A DNA stretch of 63,923 nucleotides, counting the filler, from Phoronis australis (lineage: Eukaryota > Animalia > Phoronida): NCBI GenBank assembly GCA_002633005.1. It is 11 parts of 11 records of this genome, joined end to end, with 100 filler letters (N's around TTAATTAATTAA, not from the genome) between each part and the next. Parts side by side here need not be neighbours in the genome. Positions count along the whole stretch, not along the records: positions 1 to 29,218 come from NMRA01000188.1; positions 29,319 to 33,407 come from NMRA01002704.1; positions 33,508 to 35,241 come from NMRA01002142.1; positions 35,342 to 42,117 come from NMRA01002115.1; 7 more parts are not named here. The stretch is one strand, 5' to 3'. The notes below the pieces were generated by a model that saw nothing but the letters and a program-made list of their open reading frames with translations, was not told where the DNA came from and did not search any database. The position numbers and the translations under genes were made by a program. Below, piece by piece: positions 24,516 through 37,307 of this stretch (the first letter of the stretch is position 1; every line of letters begins with the position of its first letter).

Positions 24516-25774
24516 GTTACCAGAAGTAGGAACTTGAAGTAGTTACCAGAAAAAGGTACCGGAAGTAGTTACTGGCTGCGCAAGCTTACTTAGTTACACA
24601 CATAGGGATGTTTAATACTTTTTATGCCAAATATCATTTGTCGCAAGGTGTAGGGTGTGTGTAGTGTACAAGCTCAGCTGAACAGGAGCAAAATGCTACA
24701 GTGCAAGTTGTTCTATGGTAACCCTCGAGTTATAGTGGACATGATTTTTCTAACAGCTACACACTGAAATGTTTGTAGCTATTTGTTTTCAGTTTGTTCT
24801 GAACTTGCAAATCCTCTTGATTTTGATTCAACAGCAGGGTACAGATATATAACAGAGATGTTACCTTTAACCCAGTGGTATCATAGCAGGATATGGTGGT
24901 ATCATAGCAGGATATGACCTGGGTCCCAAAGCAAAATGATTCCTATCCTGTGCTTGTGTGTTTGTTTTGCATTTTAAAGTTGCCTAATACAGTGTTAAGT
25001 GGCCATAAAAGTTTCCTTTCATAAATCCCATGCAGGTAACAATACTAGACTGCACCTCAAAATGCTGGTACACAGCAAGCAACAACTTTAATACATTTAC
25101 CTAAACAGTTTTCCCCTGGCTGTGCCTAGCAGACAAGGGTCGCACATGATCAACTAAAAACATGCCAAGAACAGGGTTACGTAGTTCAATCTCGCAAGCA
25201 TATGTTGAATTATTTTTGGAACTTATTAGCAAATGCAAAAAGCTCAAAACATTCTGCAAGATTAAAACAAACTAAAAACAAATGACAAGGATTTTTGTAC
25301 ATTGTTTCAAATCCTACAAATAAAATTGGTAGAACCAAGGGCGGTTTGCCCATGAGAAAAATATGAACCCTGATTTTGAATGGCACCAAAGGGCAAGACG
25401 AGAAGACTAAACGCTGAATTATTTTTCGAATAGTGTCTTACACACAAATCGGGACACAAGCTCGGTCAGAACGTCAGGCATTCCCAGAGACTAACCATCA
25501 TGTGCCAGCTACTTGGTCTACCAAGGCATCCGCTTCATGTTGTGAAAAACAATGTCAGTATCCAACATGGAACACCATTGCCATGTACAAAACCAAGACA
25601 TTCAAACTTCAATATGGTAATCATGAATATCAAGATCCCCGTTTCACCTTGATCTCGTCTTAATTCTTTGGAAACTTCTAGACTAAATAATTTACATATT
25701 TTGAATGCAACAAGCTTGAGTTGAAATATGTTTTGAATTTTGTCCTGCAAACTATCCACTGCATACAGATGAAC

Positions 25775-26112
25775 AGGGAGGGAGGGAGGGACAGTAGAGG
25801 GAGCGAGAGGGGAGGGATAAAGGGGGGNNNNNNNNNNNNNNNNNNNNNNNNNNNNNNNNNNNNNNNNNNNNNNNNNNNNNNNNNNNNNNNNNNNNNNNNN
25901 NNNNNNNNNNNNNNNNNNNNNNNNNNNNNNNNNNNNNNNNNNNNNNNNNNNNNNNNNNNNNNNNNNNNNNNNNNNNNNNNNNNNNNNNNNNNNNNNNNNN
26001 NNNNNNNNNNNNNNNNNNNNNNNNNNNNNNNNNNNNNGGGGGCAGGGAGGAGAGAGGGAGGGAAGGAGAGGGAGGAAGGAACGAGACGGAGGAGGGATGT
26101 GAGGGAGACAGA
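25775..26112. repeat. GA-rich (GGGA/GGAGA) low-complexity tract spanning an N gap
   Basis: Purine-rich sequence on both sides of N 25828-26037. Confidence 0.8.
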
Positions 26113-29100
26113 ATAACCTGTTTTAAATTTATGTTTCAGGTCAAGAGCAAGAATACTGTTATGTTTTAGAACAAGTCAATAAAATTATCCACAAAATTTT
26201 GATTCACTAATAGTCAGTTTTGAAAATAATTTCATCAACACTAGAAAATTCATCATCGTTTCCCAGGCGTTCAACAACCATCACAATATTAGAGAAAGGT
26301 CTACCACGGAGTAAAACGGAAAGATCCTTCACTTTTTGTCAAGCCTTCTCTGCTTTTAATTACCTGAGCTCTCAAGATTTTTTATGATGTAACCGATGTT
26401 GCTCTTTGATGACAAGAAATATTGATTACTGAGTTGTAAGCATTCACAGACAACAAGGGTAGGTGTCCACTGCGGATGACGCATTTCCACTACAATTACT
26501 GGAAAATGACAGACGGTAACTCTTCCACTTCTATAGCACACAATATGGCTGACAAGTGAAATTCTATTTTGACAAATTTCTCTGCAAAAATGCAGATTAA
26601 GAAATTTTTATACTTTAAGCAAATGTGGTGCCAGTTAGTGACAATAGTCCCCATTTTTAATCAACTTCAGCAGATGAACTGGTAACTGATGAAGACGTTT
26701 GCCAACCCACTTTACCCTGTACTGTGCACAAAAGGTAGCATCTTTTTTCAGTGCGGTAATGCCGTGAAGGCGTGCTCTGTAATGAACACTGCTTACATTA
26801 ATGCCAATACTAAAATTTTACAAATGTTGTTCGACATTTGTATAGTAAAACCCATGCTAAGGAGATGAAACTTACATGATCTATTTAAAAAACAGAATTG
26901 ACACAATGAAGCACCATCAGGCATCGTATATTGAAGAATCTTTACCGCAATATTAATTATTTCATTACTGACGAAGATGAGCAATGACAAAAGAAATGCT
27001 TCAACGAATTACCATCAGACACAAAAGTAAATAGTTTTCGCAAGTGATCAGTGAATCTGAACGATTAATGTTCAGCCACCAGGTGATGCATCATTTGTGT
27101 ACGTAACATACCTACACAAGGGCTGGAATCAACATGGCTGTGGCACTAAATAATGTGTTTCCTTTTGAATGCAGCTCACAGGCCTAATAGTGCTCACAGG
27201 CTCAATAACCACAAATTCATGCCCAGACTCAGAGACATCAGGTGGACATGCACTATACCTGTTTACTTTACCTATTGTGTTCAGAGTTGAGTTAGGTGAT
27301 CAGTGAGCCACGTTTGCGAGTACTATTAGACCCGAGAGCCATATTTATTGTGAAGAACTATGTCCAGAGTACAGCCGCAGTGACATCACTCCAGGAATTG
27401 TGTTCCATTGTAGACCTGAATTTCAGACACAACCTCCGTTTGAACCCTGACCCTTTAATGAAAAATGCTTAGCACCAACATAAAGGTCAAGCAGTCACAG
27501 TACAGACATGATGTAACTAAACACTGCGTTGGAAATGCCTGTTTCATCAACAATCAACATGGGGGTCATCGACCTGGATCATTTTTTGAGATTCTGAAGG
27601 CTAGAAATTTTGCCACTGAAAATATTTCATTTGAAAACCCACTGGAATCAATCAAGTTAGCAGTGCTGGGTCTTCCAGCCTAATCGTGATACAAGATACA
27701 TTAGTGAAAATAGTCAACCACATCAAATGACAAGACAGTTGTGTACTTCACGTGTTTTAAAAAGACAGTTTAAACCAATACAATCTGTGCTCTAACCGGC
27801 TTTTTGAGCGAGGTGCCACATGATGAGATCCAATTATAAGCCGTCAGCTCAAATTTTGAACCACGTGTTCAATTTTGCACTGTCATGTCAATTGCGACTA
27901 CGATGCTTTGCAGAATCAACCAGTGCCCACTACAGCCTGCGCCTAGGAAATTATCATTTAATTAATGAAGGTCTTTTATACATTACAGAAAATTTAACCA
28001 AGAACACAAATACATTGAGACTGACAGCACCCTAACATTTTCAGCATGCACAAATCTTAATCCTAATAACTATTAGTACACCTATACAGTCGAGCCTCAA
28101 GTGCCTTTGAAATCTGTACGCTAAACAATAATTTGCTGGAACCAGTCAATATACTTTTTAGGTCATTTAACTAGATCATTCGCATTTCATCTTGAATGAA
28201 TCCAGTTGTAAACTGTTTTGCCATAAGCTTCTATCAAGGCTCCTGACATTGGCAAATTGATGCTACATTTTGGAAGCAACTGTCTGTTAACTTAGCATGA
28301 CACCAATATTAACCCTTAGCAAGCTTGGCCTGCATTACTTTCGAACACATGCTTTTCCTGAGCATTGAAAGTGTTTGCACAGAAACTTTGCAAAATCCAA
28401 ATAACAGAATTCTATGTTAACTTCTGAGTCATGGTCTAACAAATTTAAACCTTGTAAATAAGAATAGAATTATGGTAGATTTTTGGAAATCTAGATTGAC
28501 CTTTAAAAGTACCCTTGGTAACTTGGTTCTGAAGAAAAATAAAGAGGAATTACACAAAATAATTTACATTCTCAGCAGCATGCTACTTGATACTTTGGTA
28601 CAATTCCTACTTTTTGATTGAGACTAATTTGTTTCCGTTTCCCTGACTTACTGGCCCATTGTGAGGTCTTTAGAAGCCAAATCAAGGTTATATAAGACCA
28701 TAGAAAATTTGGTTACCTTCAAACATAACTCAGAAATAGCAGATGAAATCCAAATGAAACTTTTGCATACTAGGCGTTATGCACAGTTCTCTGAGACTAT
28801 AAGGAACTGACATTAAGAGGTTTCACTTTTGCATGAGAGGTTATGAACAATACAATTCTTATGGTTTTCATGAAAAAAAATAGTTAAAACAACACAATAC
28901 AAAATGATAATTTAGAAAACTGTAACAGTGTTTTTGAGATTTCATCTTGAAAAACCACCATATCAAACAAAATGTGGTCATGTAATTTATTTTGAAAACA
29001 TTGTTTTGCTAATTATCAATATAATTTTCTTTTTTTACTACATTTTAGCATGACCAAATTTACGTCAGATTGGTAAAAAAGTCAAAAGTCAAATTGTACC

Positions 29101-29218
29101 GGCTTTCTACATTTATATTTGACTAAATACACAGACTAGTCGTACATTACAGCAATATGGTACTAGTAGTACACACTACAACTTTAAAGTGTTTGCGCGC
29201 GTGAGTGTGTGTGTGTGT

Positions 29219-29318
29219 NNNNNNNNNNNNNNNNNNNNNNNNNNNNNNNNNNNNNNNNNNNNTTAATTAATTAANNNNNNNNNNNNNNNNNNNNNNNNNN
29301 NNNNNNNNNNNNNNNNNN
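29219..29318. other. Artificial joining spacer N44-TTAATTAATTAA-N44, first of ten (others start at 33408, 35242, 42118, 45661, 48391, 51259, 57451, 59664, 62387; each 100 nt)
   Basis: Identical 100-nt structure occurs ten times; the 12-mer places stop codons in all six frames. Confidence 0.97.
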
Positions 29319-29701
29319 GTAATACACAGCTTGACCACTAGAGGGCGCATATATCTTACTTACATAATCATGTTCAGGGCACTCCTGTTACAATTAAAAA
29401 CGACAATAAACAATTACTTATCACTTTTTTAAGCTGAATCACATTGACAACAATTGAAAAACGTCAAATGTATAAGGAAACAAATCATCTGAAAACAGTT
29501 TCACGAAACCAAGACTTGTGCACAGTGGTGAAAAGATATACTGGACCAGTTTGCAAAGGGACCAGATGTACACTGAGAGTACACAAAAAGGCTGACCTGG
29601 TCCGTCACGAGACCTAAAGCGTACTTTGCAAAAAATTTGAATTGGAAACTTCTCTCTAGACACTTTTTAATCCCCAGTGGTTGCTCATACGTGTAGTTTA
29701 C

Positions 29702-30640
29702 TCATCTGGTGGTCAATTGCGAGAGGTTGTCTAGGAAGGGTTTTCGCACCGTTCTGTAGTACCCCGCGGTACTCCCTGGAAGAAACAAGTATTGAGTACA
29801 GATTTAACTACGCACTATGTGAAATAGATTTTGGATATGAAGCAGATAGACTCAAGTGGAAATACAAACCAGAATCAGTTTCTGTGCACTCGTAGACCCT
29901 CTGCCGTACTGGGTAAATTTGGCATGTCCAAAAATAATTTCTATTTCGTTTTCATTGTACACAAGCATAAAAAACCGACATTATTACAAACTGTGTAGAA
30001 TTATAACTTATTACCTGGGTGTTTCACCAGGAACGTTGGTCCTATCTTTCTGTTGTCTAGGCTGCCGAGGAATCTGTATATCGGATCCAATGGTTTGCTC
30101 GTCTTGGAACCCGGCATTCTACCCAGACGTCCTTCATGTTTGTTCCCAACACTTGCACTTCGTCAACTGCTCTGTACACGAGCTTGTACGCCTCTACAAT
30201 GTCAGCATCTCGTTTCGCAGCTCAGTTGGCACTAAGCCCCCTGAGGTTACCAAGTCCATTCAAAAGACTTACAGCATGCGCAACTAAATTTGATCCATTC
30301 ATCACGGACTACTTCAAACCTTGACGATGTATCCCAGGACCCATTTGCATCTCTTGCAATTTTCGAAACAAACGTCCCAATGTCTGAACACTTGAAACCC
30401 GAAGTACTAACATCAAATAAATGCCCGTGGGCATGGGCGTTTTGTCGGGTGGGCCTTTCTGCGGAAATTCCCAGTATAGAAAATGGCAGTGGTGCTTATT
30501 GCAGGTAGAAAGACGGTAGGTGTTGAGGTCGGCACTTCGGGCTCCTTAGGAGGCCTATTGAACATCGCACGAGTTCCGCAAGACTTTGTTGTGAAAATAC
30601 AGTCTCTCAGCAAATTTCTGGTACTGTACACTGTTCGCGA
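29702..30640 (-). pseudogene. Decayed hAT transposase (THAP12/PRKRIR- or ZMYM1-like) with one GT-AG intron at 29776-30014
   Basis: Minus-strand peptides LRGLSAN..KRDADIVEAYKLV, IQIPRQPRQQKDRTNVPGETP and, after the intron, EY..YRTVRKPFLDNLSQLTTR resemble the hAT motif PRxxxRQxxRxNVPxxTPEEYYR...PFLDxLxxQLxxRF; multiple stops and frameshifts. The 5' boundary is approximate. Confidence 0.65.
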
Positions 30641-31058
30641 ATGCGGTCACTTGGTCAATGTGAGTGCCTCCTTGGTCATTCCTTGTATAGACATAACTTG
30701 TTAAAGTGCATCTTCAAACAGACTCGCGACCAGACCACGGCGCCCGCCACAATAAGCAAATCTTCAGAAAACAAGTTTTTTTCAAAANNNNNNNNNNNNN
30801 NNNNNNNNNNNNNNNNNNNNNNNNNNNNNNNNNNNNACACTGTATGATATTGCGCAAGACAACTTTACTATACACCAGTTACAAACGTGTGGGGTGTAAT
30901 AGGATGACACGGCATGACAGATGAGGTAAAAACGTTGCACGTCAGTTCGCCTGAATATCAGGGTTGCTGCACCACAGTATTTCCTCTAATCAAATCAAAA
31001 CATATCTTAAAGTAAAGAAACTAGTTACCTAAAGAAATCAGCTATAGAGCTGCTCTTT

Positions 31059-31373
31059 CAGCGGTGGATCCATCTAAAATGCTTGGCTAGTCTACTTCAG
31101 AAGTGTCGACGGAAGCGCGCGCACAATTGATCTCCGGGGTTTTGCCGATGAGCCACGAAGACTCGAAATGCGTTGATTTTCATAACAGCAATTCACAATG
31201 CAAAACAATATATTTTCAGAGTGAACCCCCCCCCCCTCATTTGGTTTACTTGGGGTTTACACACGCTGGCGGTGCCGTTTTTGTTTTGCTGGAGACGTTT
31301 TTTTTTTAAATTTTTGGGTCCTGGCCTGAGGGGGGCGTTAAACCCCCTGAACCCCACCGTAGATCCGCCACTG
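31059..31373. mobile_element. Small MITE with CAGYGGYGGATC-type termini
   Basis: CAGCGGTGGATC at left and GATCCGCCACTG at right; AACCCC subterminal motifs; no clear TSD. Confidence 0.5.
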
Positions 31374-31397
31374 ATCTTCTCTGCAATCCACTGTCAG

Positions 31398-31923
31398 GGG
31401 ACTAAAACAATTCAAAGAACGCCCCTCGAAATAGGTCTTGCTTAGCTGGAATTCAGGTCTGCGGTCATTAGAGTGTTTTCACCTCCTGATTGCGAAGCGA
31501 TCGAGTGTTAGCTGTGGTATCTTCATCAGCGCGTGCTCTCAGCGGCAGGTCGCCGCTTTATCCACTAGCGCTCGACCAACAACTGACGGGAGTCTCATAA
31601 CTCCCACATGCAAATTTGATATGCAAATAAGAGAGTACTTGACTACTGCGCCATCTATACATCGACGAAAAAGCTAAAATACCCGTGACTGCGTGTGGGA
31701 AGTTACGATTGCGTGCTCTGAACTCTATATTTTCAAAGTACAATTACACCACTGTTTAAGGTTGCAAAGTGAGTTTTTTGATATCCTTCTATAGAAAAAG
31801 CGTATTCTCTCTGATGAAATCATCTTTTTCCTTTTAAACGAAACTTAAGTCCTGAAATTAGTCGGGGAAGGAGGCCAAAAACGGCGGTTTAGCTAGTTGT
31901 CCCTTCCTGGTTATCTCTTCCTG
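31398..31923. repeat. Dispersed interspersed repeat, copy 2
   Basis: Direct homolog of 1-526 with the same right end, TTATCTCTTCCTG. Confidence 0.9.
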
Positions 31924-34332
31924 CTAGTATGTTTATTACAAATATTTACAAAACTTGGCAAAATCAATGCCCCAAATTTGAAGATGATCATAATTTTTAA
32001 AATTTTATATAAGGCGATATTTTCTCAAATGAGACAATAGTATTTAGTCTCAAAGTGTGTGGAACGGTTCCGCACTTTTTTAATATCCACTTAAGGCCAT
32101 AAAAATGGTATGTAACAAATCTATATCTTACCCTAAACACGTTTACAATGTTACATTTTTATTTCCTCAATTAGCATTTTCTTAATTAGAAGTTCAATTT
32201 TTGCCTTGCGGAATATTCCGCAAATCGTTTCTGGTGCTATTATTGATGAATTTTTTAACGAAACCAAGACTTAAATCAAAAACACGCCAAATGGCCTGTA
32301 CACGAAGTGGAGACAATCATACACTAGTTTTCGTTTTCTCATGAATATTAATAATATAAGTTCATTTCAAACGACCACAGCATAAAACTAGGCTACGCAT
32401 GCTGAACTCAAAACCATGGAGTCGTGAGAGAATGACATCCAATGAGGTATTATTGATGACATTATCAGGCAGTATAGTCTGCAGGATCAGCTAAAATAGA
32501 AACTTGCAGCTTGTCTAGTTCTCTCATGTGATATTGCGTATGGTAAGCCATTAAGTGGCATCGTTACCCATTTGACTAGGTCATTATGTAGGACAAATTT
32601 CGGCTTGTGAGCGCTGCGTGGGACAATAAGCTACATGTCATAAACTGCAAGGCTAAAAAGCGGTAATTGACAAATTAAAATAAATAGTACGTGGCCTTTA
32701 AACGTAAACGAGACATTTGAATTAAGATATCAATCGTTAAAAACAACGTACATGTACACTCTTTTTATAATACAGACGCAAATAAAATAACATGCGCTCT
32801 CTTGGTCTGAAGCCGGAACTAATGTATAAAAGTTACAAATGAATCATCTGATGCCTAATATGTGTTTTCACAGTAAGCCTACATTAAATGCGTATTTCTC
32901 GACATGAACCACCAATGTTAAATGATATTCACTTGCAATGTAAGCCATGTCTCGACCAAAATTAGTTACCTATCATCAGTACTGTTGAAACAAAAGGATT
33001 ACACTAGAAAGATGTTGTATTTCCAAGTAAATTTCAGAACAAAAACTCAGGCGCTATAACGCTTAAAATGCCTTCGAAAATTTGATGTGCTCACAATTCG
33101 AAGGACTTCATCTGCGGCGCAGTGAACTAAAACTGGGCACACTGTCGAGTAGGATTCTTCAACTCAATATGCACGTTCCACTAAAGCTAGCGGAATTACC
33201 TTCCGTTTTGAATCGTCTTTGGATCAGTTTCACTGTGAAAATGGACAAAATGGATCAAAACGTACTTAAATGGTCTGGAGCCCCGAACTGCTTTGAACCG
33301 AGCTTACTTTGTCGCATGTTAGGCCATATTTAGGTGGTAAGTTAAGTACATGTATAAATTATTCTAAACGCTTTGGTAAAACGAAAACATGCTTGGAGAA
33401 AGGTTCANNNNNNNNNNNNNNNNNNNNNNNNNNNNNNNNNNNNNNNNNNNNTTAATTAATTAANNNNNNNNNNNNNNNNNNNNNNNNNNNNNNNNNNNNN
33501 NNNNNNNCCCGACTATCAAATGGGACTTTGTTTCACGTTTGCTTTTCTCTGTTTTGAGTTCCTTGGCGCATTTTCAAAAAATATGGTAAATAGTTTTCTC
33601 TTAAGGAGAGGACGATGTGTTCTCAACATTCCTGACGGAGTCGACGTATTCTGCGCCATCCACGTCATCATCTTCATCATTATCATCACCGTCATCACCC
33701 TTGTAATCAGCAACATCAATGTCGTCACCATCGTCAGGAAGAATATTATTGCTATCGTTAGTTATTACAGCACTCTAATATGACTCGGTTTTGTTTAACC
33801 GCTTCTCGTAATATCTTGCATACGGCGAGGGCACCTACAAAGGCGTTACTGCGAAACACTGTCAATGTAATCATAACCGATCAGTATCCCTCCGCAGAGA
33901 ATGCTTTGGAAGCCATTGAGACATAATTACATCGACATGGCAATTTGAGGTCTCTCAGAGAAGTCTTATTGGAACAGCTACTACCAATTATCACTGTGTA
34001 AAAACTGTGTTTAAACATAAATGTGCCTTATGTAACTCGGTTAACTGTGGTTTAAAATTAACACGATCGCTTGCATCAAAACTTGAGAGACCGGAATACA
34101 TGCAAAATCAACAAGTGAGTGAACTTACATGTATGTTTTACATGCATACATGTACACTGTATGTACATGCGCGTGGAGTCAGAAATCAATTTAAAACAAC
34201 CTTTATTCAATTCTAGCCAACTTGATCGTTTACATGTTCTCATAATTTGAATGATCAAATTTGCGTCGTGCACGTGCACGTACAAACTGTGCATTATCAC
34301 AGGCGTCCTCAGCTTCTGATCGTCCCCAATAC

Positions 34333-34686
34333 ACTACATATTACTACAAGGTATGACACTTCGGACTTGAAATTCCACGGGTGCTTCACTTCAGCCGTCC
34401 ATAGCAAACATAAAACTCAATAAATTTGCACAAAACAGGGGTTCGACAAACCATGAAGAATTGTTCTTTCTCCCAATACCACTGTCCTGTTACGGCGACT
34501 TCGTAAGAAATTCGCAGTCAAAGAACAAAAATGTTCACAAAAAGCCCCCACAAACGTTCTCCCTAGGCCCGTCGAGGTCAAGGACGGTTACGGAAATTGC
34601 CGGTGAGTTACGGAAGTAGCGACATCGTGACTTTTACGCGACAAAGCGGCAATTTCCGTACCGTCCTTGACCTCGACGGGCCTAGG
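34333..34686. repeat. Dispersed repeat carrying a 40-bp-stem palindrome
   Basis: Reverse-complement homolog at about 57563-57855; inverted arms at 34562-34602 and 34647-34686. Confidence 0.85.
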
Positions 34687-35787
34687 CAAAGACGCTAACA
34701 AGACTATTCACCAAGGCCGCCGCCATTATTGTGTCATGGACCGTGGCGACACCTAGCGGGTGTGTGTGGGCCGACGAAGTACGCAAGGCATTCACTATGG
34801 CCGATCTTAGTTTGTCAAATTCAAAATTGTCAGTCTTTGTTTAAAATATTGAAAACAAAAAACAAGAGCACTGTAATGGAAAAATACACATAGGCAAAAT
34901 ATAGAGTAAACCAAGAAAAAATTTGGGCAGCAAAGGTAATATAAATTACTGGAAATAAATCATAAGCAAGAGGGAGACTCAGTAATAAGAGCTGAGTAGA
35001 TGAAAGTAGGTTATTGGAGACTGTGCAGGTACCGAACCTGTAGGATTTTGTCCAGGGGAGTCAGGAATGTAATAAACATCAAATGGATCTGCTGAAGGAG
35101 AGATAGGAGTGGGGGGTGCCCCTCAACCAATTGAAAGGTTGGGGGCAGAGATAGCTTTCTTCCCCCAATATTCCAGGTGTTAATATCAATTAATTAACAA
35201 TTAATTATGTAAGCTTTTAACACACAAACTGTGTTTTAAAANNNNNNNNNNNNNNNNNNNNNNNNNNNNNNNNNNNNNNNNNNNNTTAATTAATTAANNN
35301 NNNNNNNNNNNNNNNNNNNNNNNNNNNNNNNNNNNNNNNNNTTCTTATATGGATTAATGCAGTGAGATATTTCCAGCTTTTTTATAAATTTTCTGTGACC
35401 TGCATGCTGTCAAATTGCCACCGTTGTGTGGTGGGATATTGAAACGATTCTCACGAATGAAATGTTCATCCCAAAATGTCAGTAAATGAAATTGTGTTTT
35501 GTCCCAGTCAAGTTGGCCCATCTTACACACTTGAATAGAAACTGGGTCAAACAAAGTTTGCTTCTGTCCTCCCACAATAGTTTTATTCAGAACGTTACCT
35601 ATAGGGCTTCTTATATCTAAATTTTCAATGAAATTTTAGCGAATGTGAGTTTTTCAATACTGGCATGCAGAGTTTTGTTAACTTTGTTGTCTTGTAATCA
35701 ACACACAATCTTTTTTAAATTTTTTAATATTAAAAACAAAAACGTGATTTTAGAATGTATTTGTCATTAAATGTAATCATATTACAG

Positions 35788-35895
35788 GACTCTGATCTCC
35801 CCAAGGATGTGCAGGCTGCCTGTCAATTATGTTGCTCAGCTCTTGGCAACCAACAGACTCCTCCCACTATTGTAGTGATTGACTCATTGAATCAG
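35788..35895 (+). CDS. NACHT/STAND NTPase (TEP1/NPHP3/TTC41-like) exon with Walker B (DSDLPKDV...PTIVVIDSLNQ)
   Basis: 108 nt; TTACAG acceptor, GTAAAA donor; hhhhDSLNQ Walker B motif. Confidence 0.85.
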
Positions 35896-36953
35896 GTAAA
35901 ATTAGTGCTATAAAACCTGTTAGCCCTTTGCTTGTGGCCTCTACTGAGTAGGATTTGGAAAGAATCATTTTCGTTTTTAACATTAATTATTATCTAAAAT
36001 TAAAATAAAAATTATGTGTCTCAGTATGCGGTTGAAGTAAAAAATTATGAAGAAATTGTAATATAAAGAAGGTGGGGATTGGATAAAAAATGAGAAATTT
36101 TATTTAATTATACGGAGTAAATTAATAATATTTTACTCATGAGTAATTTGCATGCGTATATCACGACAGCACATTTGAATGGGATTATTTTTGTTCTTCG
36201 TGAATGCTTAGGCAGTGACATGAGCTAGCCAGCTGCTTTCTGTTTTTTTGTTGCATTCTGACTCAGTCTTTGGAATTTGGTACTTACTGTTGTCAGTTTT
36301 CACATCGTAATGTCCAACAGATGGGATATTTGGAAAGTAATAAACATAATCATAATTCCTCTTTAATGAAATTTGATTGCGGATTCTTCCTGTAACTACA
36401 GTAAACGCCAAAAGTATTCAGACAAAATTACCCAGAATTCCCCGTCATGGCGGCTAGGTGGGAGCCGATATTTATCATCAGTATAGCCTTCCGTAATGAC
36501 TGAGAATGAAATTAGCAGTAACGTTAGTAAGGTTGATAGGTTATTCTGCAATAACAATTTTGCTGCCACAAAGGTTATTACCAGTCATGTTTACTGTTAA
36601 CAGAATGTGCCGTCATACTAGGAAACATTATTTTGTCTGATTACTTTTGTCTGTCGTAATGGGAGTTGTGAAACTTGTGAAATGCCGTTTTTGATTTTTT
36701 CTGATTTTCACTTTTAAGTGAGTGTGAGTCCGTGTACGTCCAAGAAGCAAACTTTTGATCTAGACTTCTTAATTAATCAGATGAAAAAATGGTCTCGACG
36801 AGATGCAATGTGATTTCTGAGTTTGGCAACTTGTTAAACCTCGAGACCACGCTCTGCTTACGAAATGACAATTGGATATTTTTTAAAAACCAAATGGTAT
36901 CTGTTATCAAGCAAATCCTGTTCATCTTTTTACAAAAATATTTTGTTTAATAG

Positions 36954-37127
36954 TTTCCTGAAGATTTGCCAGCTACCGTGCTCAGCTGGTTGCCAAGGAA
37001 ACTGGGCCCTCAAGTGCGGTGCATCCTGTCAATGATCGACAATACCCCACCCCACCAGACTCTGATTGGTCGAGAGTCAAGACCCCAGGAGCTCTACATA
37101 AAACCCTTGGATATGAGCACTAGGAAG
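36954..37127 (+). CDS. NACHT protein exon (FPEDLPATVLSWLPRKLGPQVRCILS...LYIKPLDMSTRK)
   Basis: 174 nt; AATAG acceptor, GTAAGC donor; WLPxxLxxxVRxIxS motif follows Walker B as in TEP1/NPHP3-type NACHTs. Confidence 0.88.
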
Positions 37128-37158
37128 GTAAGCAAGAGTTGAGTGATTAATTTGTAAG

Positions 37159-37307
37159 CAGGGGTATGTTTCATGTAAAGTGACTTTTAAGTCTTAAAAG
37201 ACTTCAGACAGAAATTTGATGTTACGATCTCAGAGATTTTGATAGTTGCATATAAGATCAAATTTCTGCCTGAAGTCTCAAGTCACTTTTCATGAAACAG
37301 GACCCTG
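37159..37307. mobile_element. Fold-back MITE (PIF/Harbinger-like)
   Basis: CAGGGGTATGTTTCATG...CATGAAACAGGACCCTG termini plus inner inverted arms GACTTCAGACAGAAATTTGAT / ATCAAATTTCTGCCTGAAGTC. Confidence 0.7.

Noticed and set aside
24875-24917. Direct duplication of GTGGTATCATAGCAGGATATG
   Set aside because: Ordinary two-copy slippage duplication with no further structure.
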